IMG/VR virus record: IMGVR_UViG_3300027749_002876
Coordinates: 372,001 to 436,000 of that record
Length of the DNA stretch: 64,000 nucleotides
Reading direction: 5' to 3' (one strand)
The position numbers were made by a program, and so were the translations under genes. Shown in pieces: positions 41,871 to 50,412 of the stretch. Below the pieces are notes generated by a model. The model searched no databases. It was given only the letters and a program-made list of their open reading frames with translations, and was not told the DNA's origin. Position 1 is the first letter of the stretch. The number at the start of each line of letters is the position of its first letter.

Positions 41871-42408
41871 ATTAACAAATGAACATAGTTCTGATGTTAT
41901 AAATTTTTTAAAGTCTATTGATACCAATGAGTATTATATAGAAGATTTTTGTCATACGTACTTAAAGGATCTACAAGCATTTCATTCATATGGGGTGTTC
42001 TCTAATACTGGCAAATTATTAACAATAATGGCGTATTATGAATCTATTGATGAGGCTAGTTGGTTTTTAACTAGAGTATATGGATTTCATAGAGAAGCAA
42101 ATAGTAAGTTGCTTGATACATTAATATCAGTAAACGAACAAATTGGCATTTATAAATGGTATATCAAAACACCTAATAGAATAAAAAATAAAGATACTAT
42201 TTGGAAATACATTGCTAGTAGAGAAGTTCAATCAAGATATATTATAACAGATGAGTATATTGTTGGAGAAAATCAAAAATGTAAATATACCTTAGTTTGG
42301 CAAGTTCTATATGATAGAATATTAGATAAAAATGAAACAGTAGTAAAATGTGTTTTCCTAAAACCGAAATTTCGTGGCAAATTAGTTAATGCCGGCGGAA
42401 TATATTGA
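41857..42408 (+). CDS. Hypothetical protein, possibly GNAT-like
   Basis: 183 aa ORF overlapping the upstream gene. Confidence 0.5.
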   Translation: MTIIKLTNEHSSDVINFLKSIDTNEYYIEDFCHTYLKDLQAFHSYGVFSNTGKLLTIMAYYESIDEASWFLTRVYGFHREANSKLLDTLISVNEQIGIYKWYIKTPNRIKNKDTIWKYIASREVQSRYIITDEYIVGENQKCKYTLVWQVLYDRILDKNETVVKCVFLKPKFRGKLVNAGGIY

Positions 42409-43221
42409 TTGATAAATAATGTTATGTTTAAAAATATTTCTAAATATGTATGGTTTGATTTTTTACCCACATTAATTTTTGGACTTATTGCAGTTTGGTT
42501 ACTAATTGCAAATATCATTCCTACTTACTATTTGTTCTTTACTCTTTTTAGTTGGATATTATTTGCTGGCTTGGGTGTTGCAGTAGGATATCACCGAATC
42601 TTTTCACACCAAACTCATCCTAAATTACCTCTTTGGAAAGAAAACATATTATTGTTTTGTGGAGCAATGAGTGGTCAAGGATCAAGTATTACATGGACCG
42701 CAATTCATATAGGAAATCATCATCCGTATAGTGATACCGATAGAGATTTACATTCCCCTACAAAAAGTATATTCAATGCATTCATTGGATGGTCATTAAA
42801 ACTCACCGAAACAAACGGACCCAATTTAGTTAATTTAAAATATGCAGTAAAACAACTTAGGAAACCAAATCATATATGGTTCCATAAACACTATCGAATT
42901 ATATATTGGACAATCCCTTTAATATTATTATTGATAGATTGGAAATTAGCATTAATGTTATCATTATTACCATCATCACTTGCATTAATACAAGACAATA
43001 TTGTTAATGTATTTGGTCACCGTAAAGGCTTTATAGGATACAGAAACTTTAATAATAAAGATTACTCTCAAAATAACTTTATTCTTGGTTTCTTAGCTTG
43101 GGGACAGGGTTGGCATAATAATCACCATCATGATCCTAAATCATATGATTTTGGTACTGGAGTTAGTGGCAAATGGTGGGAATTTGATCCATGCAGAATA
43201 TTTTTACCATTCTTAAAATAA
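42409..43221 (+). CDS. Membrane fatty acid (delta-9 type) desaturase
   Basis: His boxes HRIFSH, HIGNHH..SD...D.HSP, WHNNHH; TM segments; start may be ATG 42424. Confidence 0.92.
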   Translation: MINNVMFKNISKYVWFDFLPTLIFGLIAVWLLIANIIPTYYLFFTLFSWILFAGLGVAVGYHRIFSHQTHPKLPLWKENILLFCGAMSGQGSSITWTAIHIGNHHPYSDTDRDLHSPTKSIFNAFIGWSLKLTETNGPNLVNLKYAVKQLRKPNHIWFHKHYRIIYWTIPLILLLIDWKLALMLSLLPSSLALIQDNIVNVFGHRKGFIGYRNFNNKDYSQNNFILGFLAWGQGWHNNHHHDPKSYDFGTGVSGKWWEFDPCRIFLPFLK

Positions 43222-43222
43222 T

Positions 43223-43924
43223 TTAATATTTAGAACTTAAATATTCAAATCTATTAGCTATTTCATCATAATTAAGAATGAGGCTTTTTAAATCCTTATG
43301 TTGGTCAGTAGTAGTTACCTTATAATTAAAACCTAACTCTATCTGTCCTAAAATTAATTGGTCAAAATCTATTATTGTCCCTCGCCCAATTGATATTAGA
43401 TAATCTTGTGTTTTCTCTGTATTTTTTAAATCAAAGAAAAATCGGTCAAATTGTGACAAACTAATTGACATTTTTTGTGAGTCAAATTCCTCATTATAAT
43501 TTTTAAATTGATAGGTAAGAATTCTACTTAAAAGTTGTTCTAGTTTGTTTTTTCTCCTAGTACATAAAAAATGTCGATCATTCAATAAATCAAATAAAAT
43601 AACTGACATTTCTATCGGATATCCATGCATGGTTACGGTTGAGTTAAGTTTATTATCATATGATTTAAATTTTAATATTCTATCCTCTAATAAAATGCGA
43701 TGTTTAAATAGTTCCTCCCAAGAATTTTCATATATTTTATTAAATATTTCTATTTGATTGTTAGGAGGAAGTCTTTTTGCTATTAAGTCATCAGTAATAT
43801 AACTTGCAAAAGTATCAAAAAACTCTCCAAAATTGTAATATCCTTGCTGTTCTAATATATTGGCAAGAAGCTTGGTTCCTGACCTAGGAAATCCAAAAAT
43901 AACAAAACTTGTATTAGTCAACAT
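43223..43924 (-). CDS. Sulfotransferase-like P-loop protein
   Basis: GFPRSGTKLL 5'-PAPS-binding motif, RKNKLEQLLS; ATG 5 nt after TATAAATA. Confidence 0.7.
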   Translation of the reverse strand: MLTNTSFVIFGFPRSGTKLLANILEQQGYYNFGEFFDTFASYITDDLIAKRLPPNNQIEIFNKIYENSWEELFKHRILLEDRILKFKSYDNKLNSTVTMHGYPIEMSVILFDLLNDRHFLCTRRKNKLEQLLSRILTYQFKNYNEEFDSQKMSISLSQFDRFFFDLKNTEKTQDYLISIGRGTIIDFDQLILGQIELGFNYKVTTTDQHKDLKSLILNYDEIANRFEYLSSKY

Positions 43925-43994
43925 ACCCGTATTTATATAACTACATTGTGCAAAAATATTAAATTTATGATAAATACAGTTGAGGACAACTAAC

Positions 43995-44315
43995 ATGACT
44001 ACATATTATTTATTTGAAACACGACAGACTAAACCAGCTGACGCTATTTGGTGGCCTAACCAATACGTAGTTGAATCAGACATACGTTGGAACACACTGA
44101 ACAGTATCGTAACTTATTGTAAATACACATTAGAAGATGTAAATACCAAAAAGTTTGCATTGTATTTTAACACAGAGGAACAATATTTAACATATCGTAC
44201 CGCAATGGCTGCATTAAGTAGTACTCCAGGGAGAACTGCATATAACGCTGAACATAATATTGTCACAACTATCTTACATGACGGATTCGTAGAAGTAGAT
44301 CCTGCAACTCTTTAA
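43995..44315 (+). CDS. Hypothetical protein
   Basis: SD GAGGA with ATAAATA upstream. Confidence 0.6.
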   Translation: MTTYYLFETRQTKPADAIWWPNQYVVESDIRWNTLNSIVTYCKYTLEDVNTKKFALYFNTEEQYLTYRTAMAALSSTPGRTAYNAEHNIVTTILHDGFVEVDPATL

Positions 44316-44353
44316 TTAAAAACATACTTTGGGAAAACAACTACAAAAAACTG

Positions 44354-44382
44354 TTGACAATAATTTAAAATCCTGCTATAAT
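44354..44382 (+). promoter_or_regulatory. Sigma70 promoter upstream of the leader/attenuator
   Basis: TTGACA-17-TATAAT with TGn extension. Confidence 0.9.
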
Positions 44383-44417
44383 ACATATTAGTTGAAGAAC
44401 AGGACTAAATAAAAACT

Positions 44418-44555
44418 ATGATGAATAAACCTTGTAACATGCTGAAACATATCGGACAGTGGCTAACGTTAGCCAGTGCATCCTTTGTGCCAGCATATCC
44501 ATCAAGTATTCGTGGCTCAAATGATAACCAAGAGATAAGCCCGGGGACTAGGTAA
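44418..44555 (+). CDS. Putative attenuator leader peptide (45 aa, all 20 amino acids)
   Basis: MMNKPCNMLKHIGQWLTLASASFVPAYPSSIRGSNDNQEISPGTR*; 36 distinct codons; weak AGGA SD. Confidence 0.6.
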   Translation: MMNKPCNMLKHIGQWLTLASASFVPAYPSSIRGSNDNQEISPGTR

Positions 44556-44583
44556 CAAGTTAACATCATAACTACTTTTATCT

Positions 44584-44623
44584 AACCCCTGGGAACTAAG
44601 AAATCTCAGGGGTTTTTGCTTTT
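44584..44623 (+). terminator. Intrinsic terminator with competing antiterminator (44540-44555 pairs with 44578-44593)
   Basis: aacccctggga-loop-tctcaggggtt, 11-bp stem followed by tttgctttt. Confidence 0.85.
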
Positions 44624-44634
44624 ACAGAGAGGAT

Positions 44635-44663
44635 TTGACAATAAATGGATAAAGAGATACAAT
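44635..44663 (+). promoter_or_regulatory. Sigma70 promoter
   Basis: TTGACA-17-TACAAT. Confidence 0.7.
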
Positions 44664-44812
44664 ACAAAACTACTGAAACAAAGCGTGATTGGTTTAGCAA
44701 TCATGTTCTGACGAAGGAGCAAGTAGCACAGTTGATACAAAATAAGATCGACCGTGCTAAAGTCTATCAAGAGGCTGTTAAGAAAGTCAACCGACTAACT
44801 TATACTGATTGA
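44645..44812 (+). CDS. Small hypothetical protein (55 aa)
   Basis: MDKEIQYKTTETKRDWFSNHVLTKEQVAQLIQNKIDRAKVYQEAVKKVNRLTYTD; GAGGA upstream. Confidence 0.5.
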   Translation: MDKEIQYKTTETKRDWFSNHVLTKEQVAQLIQNKIDRAKVYQEAVKKVNRLTYTD

Positions 44813-44960
44813 TGACAGCGTGAATAGGCAACGAGAGCCGGAATACAGCGTTAAATGTATCGAATGGGCGGACAGTACACATGAAAGCATGGAGACAACA
44901 TGTTAGTAAGACTACTGGGTAGGGTATTAACCCTACCATGTCGTGTAGAGATACACGGCA
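44813..44960 (+). ncRNA. Unidentified multi-hairpin RNA
   Basis: GC-richer non-coding stretch; stems ggtaggg/ccctacc, tgtcgtgta-GAGA-tacacggca, agcatg/catgtt. Confidence 0.55.
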
Positions 44961-45046
44961 TTCTAAAATATACCTAGTGAAAAACAATATTAGCTGAAAA
45001 CGCTAGACCCATTAGATCAGGGAGTACTAGGTGTGTTTTAGAATGC
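44958..45046 (+). ncRNA. Stem-bracketed small RNA A
   Basis: gcattctaaaatatacctagt / actaggtgtgttttagaatgc closing stem with G-U pairs. Confidence 0.65.
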
Positions 45047-45121
45047 GACCGTAACTCAGATGGATAGAGTACTAGGCTACGAACTTAGGAGTCGGGAATT
45101 CGAATTTCTCCGGTCGCACCA
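45045..45121 (+). tRNA. tRNA-Arg(ACG)
   Basis: Cloverleaf, loop CT-ACG-AA, CCA end. Confidence 0.92.
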
Positions 45122-45127
45122 ATATAT

Positions 45128-45204
45128 GGAAGCATAACTCAGTTGGCTAGAGTAACGGACTTTTAATCCGTGAGTCGAGGGTTCGAATCCCTCTGCTTCC
45201 ACCA
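45128..45204 (+). tRNA. tRNA-Lys(TTT)
   Basis: acgga-CT-TTT-AA-tccgt, GTTCGAATC, CCA. Confidence 0.95.
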
Positions 45205-45217
45205 GTATAAATACTGC

Positions 45218-45403
45218 ATGATAATTCAAACCATATCAGCAGTAAACGATATTACCAATCATCAATATCGCACAACAGTTTATAAAACATTAGAAGATCC
45301 TGCAACTAATAAGCAATACTTAGAGGTTGTACAGTATCTATACGATAAAGTAGGTAAATTAGAGCCTACACATTATAATAATCAAATAGATAAAAAAGCC
45401 TAA
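45218..45403 (+). CDS. Small hypothetical protein
   Basis: ATG 4 nt after TATAAATA, fills the tRNA spacer. Confidence 0.6.
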   Translation: MIIQTISAVNDITNHQYRTTVYKTLEDPATNKQYLEVVQYLYDKVGKLEPTHYNNQIDKKA

Positions 45404-45493
45404 GGAAACGTGGCAGAGTCCGGCCTATTGCAACAGTCTTGAAAACTGTCGATCCGAAAGGGTCCGTGAGTTCGAATCTCACCGTTTCTACCA
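45404..45493 (+). tRNA. tRNA-Ser(TGA)
   Basis: acagt-CT-TGA-AA-actgt, long variable arm, CCA. Confidence 0.95.
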
Positions 45494-45494
45494 T

Positions 45495-45571
45495 GGTGCT
45501 TGTCGTCAAGCGGTTAAGACCTCGGATTGTGATTCCGATATACGTGGGTTCGAATCCCATCAAGCACCCCA
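45495..45571 (+). tRNA. tRNA-His(GTG)
   Basis: tcgga-TT-GTG-AT-tccga, G-1/C73. Confidence 0.95.
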
Positions 45572-45572
45572 A

Positions 45573-45647
45573 GGATGTATAGCACAGCGGTAGTGCAATT
45601 CCTTCATACGGAATAGGTCAGTAGTTCAAATCTACTTACATCCACCA
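45573..45647 (+). tRNA. tRNA(CAT), elongator Met or Ile2
   Basis: attcc-TT-CAT-AC-ggaat, CCA. Confidence 0.88.
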
Positions 45648-45651
45648 TTAC

Positions 45652-45728
45652 AGCCTCATAGCTCAGTTGGTTAGAGCAATGTGTTGATAACGCATAGGTC
45701 CTCTGTTCGAGTCAGAGTGAGGCTACCA
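45652..45728 (+). tRNA. tRNA-Ile(GAT)
   Basis: atgtg-TT-GAT-AA-cgcat, CCA. Confidence 0.93.
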
Positions 45729-45733
45729 TTTAT

Positions 45734-45808
45734 ACCCCCTTCGCCAAGCGGTAAGGCCTCGGATTTTGATTCCGACATTCGGTGGTTCGAATCCATCAGG
45801 GGGTGCCA
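45734..45808 (+). tRNA. tRNA-Gln(TTG)
   Basis: tcgga-TT-TTG-AT-tccga, CCA. Confidence 0.95.
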
Positions 45809-45822
45809 GTGATAAATATAGA

Positions 45823-46377
45823 ATGATTTATTATAAACCATTAGAAATAGATTATTTTGCTACCATTATAAATAAATGTTTAGCATACGTAAAAACAGTC
45901 GATAGAGCCTATACTAGATCGTTGGCAAATACTAATTGGTATTATCTTGATTTAGAAATGTTAATGAAGGTATGCCCCGAACTTCAATTGGCATTTCAAA
46001 AACATGACTTAAAAATTATAATGGCAGCAGTCTATGTAATGTATTTACCTAAACACAGTAGACCTCATATTGACGCTTACCCTTCACACGCCAGAGTAAA
46101 TTTACCATTACTAAATTGTCAAGACACATATACTAATTTTTATACTAGTGACACTGAATCTCCAAGATATGTTAATCCAGATGGTGGTGGGAGATTCTGT
46201 TTCATGGCTGATAAGTATGAAAATCTAGTATTAGTTGATAGAGTAGAAATAAAACAAGCGACGGTGTTAAGAACAAAAGTATTGCATAGTGTGTATTTAC
46301 CCATAGATAATCCTGTGCCTAGAATTACACTATCATTAGCTTTTGACAAAGACCCTATTTATTTACTTGAAAATTAA
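45823..46377 (+). CDS. 2OG-Fe(II) oxygenase-like protein
   Basis: PHID...RVNLP...LHSV...RITLS; ATG 4 nt after ATAAATA. Confidence 0.6.
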   Translation: MIYYKPLEIDYFATIINKCLAYVKTVDRAYTRSLANTNWYYLDLEMLMKVCPELQLAFQKHDLKIIMAAVYVMYLPKHSRPHIDAYPSHARVNLPLLNCQDTYTNFYTSDTESPRYVNPDGGGRFCFMADKYENLVLVDRVEIKQATVLRTKVLHSVYLPIDNPVPRITLSLAFDKDPIYLLEN

Positions 46378-46385
46378 CTGTTTAT

Positions 46386-46535
46386 GGGATAGACGATAGG
46401 TTTAAGTCCCTGTCAATCTAATCACAGTGGGGTTAACTGTGATGACACTATAGTATGATTGACGGGTAGTATAAACTTGCCTATACGAGACAATCTAATG
46501 AGGCTTATTAACAATAAGATAGTTAGGCTCCCACC
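46386..46535 (+). ncRNA. Unidentified structured RNA
   Basis: cctgtcaatc/gattgacggg, atcacagt/actgtgat, cttatt/aataag; GGGA...TCCCACC ends. Confidence 0.6.
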
Positions 46536-46541
46536 TTTATT

Positions 46542-46616
46542 GGGTCCTTAGTTCAATGGATAGAATACGATGCTTCGAACTTCGGGATGTGGGTTCAATT
46601 CCTGCAGGACCCGCCA
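46542..46616 (+). tRNA. tRNA-Arg(TCG)
   Basis: Loop CT-TCG-AA, acceptor gggtcct/aggaccc, CCA. Confidence 0.9.
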
Positions 46617-46664
46617 ACAAGTGATTAAATACAATTAGTGATAATAACAGAAAAGGAGTACTAC

Positions 46665-47225
46665 ATGGCTGTTCTAGCACTAGATATCTCGGGAGTTCCC
46701 CGGCAATGGATATCAAATGATGACGCAATTACCTATAAAGCAAAAGATGCCATTGCATGGTCAATGGGGAACATTGTGGCTAGATATCGAGGTGGCACAC
46801 AAAATGACGGCACATTAAGTTACTTAGAAGCTAGTAGCATTATTGCCATCAAAGGTCATGGATTCAATCCATATAAACACTCATGTGTAGCACTAACTAA
46901 TAAAACATTGTTCGGTCGTGATAGACATGTATGTGCTTATTGCGGTGAACAGTTTCCCAATTATCATCTATTAAGTCGTGACCACATTGTCCCTAGAAGT
47001 AAGGGTGGTGAAAACACTTGGATGAACGTGGTTACCAGTTGTAAAACTTGTAACAGTAAAAAAGGACATAAGAGTTTAAAAGAAGTACGTATGGAATTAT
47101 TATACGCACCTTATGTCCCAAATCACTACGAAAATATGATACTACAACATAGAACTATACTTGCTGACCAAATGGAATATTTGTTAGCAGGTGTTCCAAA
47201 ACATAGTAGAATATTATTAAGTTAG
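46665..47225 (+). CDS. HNH endonuclease (McrA-like)
   Basis: RDRHVCAYCG...DHIVPRSKGG..TWMNVVTSCKTCNSKKG; SD AAGGAG. Confidence 0.9.
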   Translation: MAVLALDISGVPRQWISNDDAITYKAKDAIAWSMGNIVARYRGGTQNDGTLSYLEASSIIAIKGHGFNPYKHSCVALTNKTLFGRDRHVCAYCGEQFPNYHLLSRDHIVPRSKGGENTWMNVVTSCKTCNSKKGHKSLKEVRMELLYAPYVPNHYENMILQHRTILADQMEYLLAGVPKHSRILLS

Positions 47226-47254
47226 TGTACAATATTATTAAATAAAATACATAT

Positions 47255-47330
47255 TCCTTGATAGCTCAGTCGGTAGAGCAAAGCACTGTTAATGCTTGGG
47301 TCACACGTTCGAACCGTGTTCAAGGAGCCA
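47255..47330 (+). tRNA. tRNA-Asn(GTT)
   Basis: aagca-CT-GTT-AA-tgctt, CCA. Confidence 0.95.
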
Positions 47331-47337
47331 AATTTCC

Positions 47338-47411
47338 GCCCTACTAGTACAATGGTAGTACACTGGTTTTGTAATCCTGTGATGGCAGTTCAATTCTGTC
47401 GTGGGGCACCA
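47338..47411 (+). tRNA. tRNA-Thr(TGT)
   Basis: Loop TT-TGT-AA; anticodon stem contains mismatches; CCA. Confidence 0.8.
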
Positions 47412-47468
47412 AATAAATGCTGTTTTTAGAGTTGAGGACTAAATACTAGTATACAAGAAAGTTCAACT

Positions 47469-48068
47469 ATGAAAATGAGCAAATCACAAGCAGGTAAATT
47501 AGGCGCAGAAGTTTCTGCACTAATTACAGCAAAAAAAAAGCAAGCAAATATAGAAGCATATCTGTCTAACCCAAAAAAATGTGGGCATTGTAATGCACTC
47601 ATTAATTATGAGGGTAGATATAAAAAATTTTGTAATTCATCTTGCTCTGCATCACATAATAATACAAAAAGATTAATTGTTTCAACTAATAGTTGTCCTC
47701 AATGTAGTAAGCTAATTGGAAAAAATAGTAAATATTGTTCGGTTCGTTGTCAGCAAGATTTTCAATCAGCAGAAACTATTAGAAAATGGATTGCAAGGGA
47801 AACAATAACGGGATTATCTGCTGTTCGCCGGCATATCAAAGAACAACAGGATAGTAAATGTGCTGAATGCGGTATCGCTGAGTGGAATGGAAAAAATATA
47901 ACATTAGAGCTTGAGCATAGAGACGGAAACAGTGATAATAATACTCCTGAAAATTTATGTTTATTATGCCCAAATTGTCATAGCCAAACCCCAACATACA
48001 AAGCAAAAAATAAAGGTAAGGGTAGACATTCGCGCCGAGAGCGATACAAAAACGGTCAAAGTTATTGA
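47469..48068 (+). mobile_element. HNH homing endonuclease within the tRNA array
   Basis: Zinc ribbons plus CAECG...LELEHRDGN..NN...NL.LLCPNCHSQT. Confidence 0.9.
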
Positions 48069-48079
48069 CAACAAAGTAG

Positions 48080-48154
48080 CTGGCGTTAGTATAATGGATA
48101 ATACAATCGGCTTCTACCCGATGAATGTGGGTTCGATTCCTGCACGCCGGACCA
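48080..48154 (+). tRNA. tRNA-Arg(TCT) copy 1
   Basis: atcgg-CT-TCT-AC-ccgat, CCA. Confidence 0.93.
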
Positions 48155-48736
48155 TCATTGAATTAGAAGTTGCCAGTCACTATGACTATAATGGTAATCT
48201 TCTAATATTTCTAACATTCGTGAAAAAACTATTAAGGCTCTTTTATGATTTACCAGTTCAGTATGATGAATGTTTATTTTTTTCTCAACAAAAGATTTTA
48301 ATATATTATCACCCTCTTTTTTTAATTTGATTTTTTTTGCAACAATGTTCAATTTTGTTATTAGAGCGTTACAATCTACTATAGCAGTATTGGTTTGATT
48401 TTGTGCATGATGTATGTCAAACTTCATTTGTAAAATTAAATCGTCAAATTCTGGATTTATCTGTTGACTGTATTGTGATACCATATTTGAAAGTCTTGCA
48501 TAAACTTCAGCATCAAGATTGGTATCATCATAATGATCTCCGGTACTATCATAGTGTTCACGTTTAACAGGATCACTTAATGTTTCATATGCTAATTTGA
48601 TTCGTTTAAATTTTTCTATATCACCACCTTTATCGGGATGATGTGTTTGTGCTAGTATTCTATATTTTTGTTTGATATCATCGGGAGTACAATTTTTGGG
48701 TAATTCTAGTTCATCGTATAAGGTGTTGTTTTCCAT
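48155..48736 (-). CDS. DnaJ-domain (J-domain) protein
   Basis: LYDELEL...IKQKYRILA..HHPDKGGD...AYETLSDPVKR..YD. Confidence 0.92.
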   Translation of the reverse strand: MENNTLYDELELPKNCTPDDIKQKYRILAQTHHPDKGGDIEKFKRIKLAYETLSDPVKREHYDSTGDHYDDTNLDAEVYARLSNMVSQYSQQINPEFDDLILQMKFDIHHAQNQTNTAIVDCNALITKLNIVAKKIKLKKEGDNILKSFVEKKINIHHTELVNHKRALIVFSRMLEILEDYHYSHSDWQLLIQ

Positions 48737-48748
48737 ACGACTATTTAT

Positions 48749-48803
48749 CTGGGGTTAGCCTTCTAAGCAATCAATACAGGTTCTATTTTTGTACTATAGA
48801 CCA
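48749..48803 (+). pseudogene. Decayed tRNA-Arg(TCT) copy lacking the D-arm
   Basis: ctggggttag-[deletion]-ccttctaagcaatcaatacaggttc...gacca matches the tRNA at 50158-50232. Confidence 0.8.
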
Positions 48804-48807
48804 AAAT

Positions 48808-48836
48808 TTGACAATAAATTCAATCGGTACTATAAT
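48808..48836 (+). promoter_or_regulatory. Sigma70 promoter
   Basis: TTGACA-17-TATAAT. Confidence 0.85.
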
Positions 48837-48925
48837 ATATGTATAGATTGATTTAGCAGGTATGTTTATAATAAAACCCGCTGATTATTTGTATAAAAAA
48901 CACATCATTAAATACGGAGTTTTCC

Positions 48926-50104
48926 ATGAGAATTAATTCTATTGCTAGTACGATATTAGCAATCATACTTGTAGGATGCGGTGGCGGAGGTGGTCAACCA
49001 ACTACACCTATCATTGAAGCATATCCTCAAATTATAGATAACAATATAAAAAACAAGTTTGCTATTAAAAGTGTAAACATGGTTTTAAATAGTGATAGCC
49101 TGTTAGGACTACCCGGATGGACTAACATTGATGACCATATTAAAAACATTAAAGCATTGGGTGCTAATGATGTTAAAGTAACGATTAGTGCAGGGTATTA
49201 CGATACCCCATCTTCTAATAGTCCTAATTCAAATATTAACTTTAATCCAAGTGACAATGATTTGCTAACATTCTTTCGAAAGCTTAAAGCGGCAGGTTTA
49301 ACTATAACAGTTTACCCTTTTGTACATAAAAATACAAACGTTACCAATTTGTTAAGTACTGTTCATTCATCACCTTCTAATTTTGACGAATGGATATCTA
49401 ACCATACTAGTAGTATGTCAAGAATAGCAAATATAGCACAGCAAGGATCTGTGGATAGATTTGTAATTATAGGAGATGAGGTTCAACATCTAACGTATGA
49501 TGTTAAAAATCAAAATGGTTGGTTAAATCTCATTACAGAAATACGCAAGGTATATAAAGGACAATTAACCACTGTAATATATTCAAATGGAATGTACTAC
49601 AATGGAAAAAATCAGGTTGATATGGTTGGTGAGACTATATTAAGTAAATTGGATATTATTGGTGTAGGATGGTTTCCTAAATACTTAACTAATTCAAATA
49701 ATCCAACAGTTGCTGATTTGATTGCAGGTTGGAAAAATAATACAAATGGTGTAGACACTATTAAGTTTTTTGAATTAGTTAATCAAAAATATAAAAAACC
49801 AATTTGGATAGCTGATATGGCAATTCACAGTTTTGACGGAGACAATATTGATCCTGATAATATATACAACAACCTAATTAATTTAGTAACGGACGAACAG
49901 GAGCAAGCCGATGAATATGAAGCACTATTTACGGTATTGAGTTACAACATGGGCAATTGGTTTTTGGGAATGAGCATTGACAGTTATAACAATTTTCCTA
50001 GCAATTATACATTGCCAAGGCATTTAAATTCACCGTATAGTGAAGATATACGAGGTAAGATCGCTGAGGGTGTTGTCCGTAAATGGTATCGTCAGAAGAT
50101 GTAG
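48926..50104 (+). CDS. Lipoprotein with TIM-barrel glycoside hydrolase-like (GH113/GTA-like) domain
   Basis: Lipobox LVGC; IGDEV...IRKVYKGQLT...LDIIGV...KPIWIAD...DEQEQADEYEA. Confidence 0.65.
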   Translation: MRINSIASTILAIILVGCGGGGGQPTTPIIEAYPQIIDNNIKNKFAIKSVNMVLNSDSLLGLPGWTNIDDHIKNIKALGANDVKVTISAGYYDTPSSNSPNSNINFNPSDNDLLTFFRKLKAAGLTITVYPFVHKNTNVTNLLSTVHSSPSNFDEWISNHTSSMSRIANIAQQGSVDRFVIIGDEVQHLTYDVKNQNGWLNLITEIRKVYKGQLTTVIYSNGMYYNGKNQVDMVGETILSKLDIIGVGWFPKYLTNSNNPTVADLIAGWKNNTNGVDTIKFFELVNQKYKKPIWIADMAIHSFDGDNIDPDNIYNNLINLVTDEQEQADEYEALFTVLSYNMGNWFLGMSIDSYNNFPSNYTLPRHLNSPYSEDIRGKIAEGVVRKWYRQKM

Positions 50105-50107
50105 GGC

Positions 50108-50136
50108 TTGACACTAAATGAGTATTCTGCTATAAT
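50108..50136 (+). promoter_or_regulatory. Sigma70 promoter
   Basis: TTGACA-17-TATAAT with TGn. Confidence 0.85.
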
Positions 50137-50157
50137 ATAGACAAGCCAAAAATCTAT

Positions 50158-50232
50158 CTGGGGTTAGTATAATGGATAATACAGCTGCCTTCTAAGCAGT
50201 CAATACAGGTTCGATTCCTGTACCCCGGACCA
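50158..50232 (+). tRNA. tRNA-Arg(TCT) copy 2
   Basis: gctgc-CT-TCT-AA-gcagt, CCA. Confidence 0.95.
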
Positions 50233-50261
50233 AATGTTGTTTATTTACAACAACTAATAGT

Positions 50262-50372
50262 TTGACAATAAATCCAAATAGTGCTATACTCTATGTATAG
50301 ATTGATTGAACAAGTTCTTGGACACAGAGACACAAAAAAGAATTTGACAATAAATGGTGATTGTGATACAAT
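50262..50372 (+). promoter_or_regulatory. Tandem sigma70 promoters
   Basis: TTGACA-17-TATACT (50262-50290) and TTGACA-17-TACAAT (50344-50372). Confidence 0.8.
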
Positions 50373-50412
50373 CATAGCATGAGTTGAAAAAGTCATCGTA
50401 CTAATCAACAAA

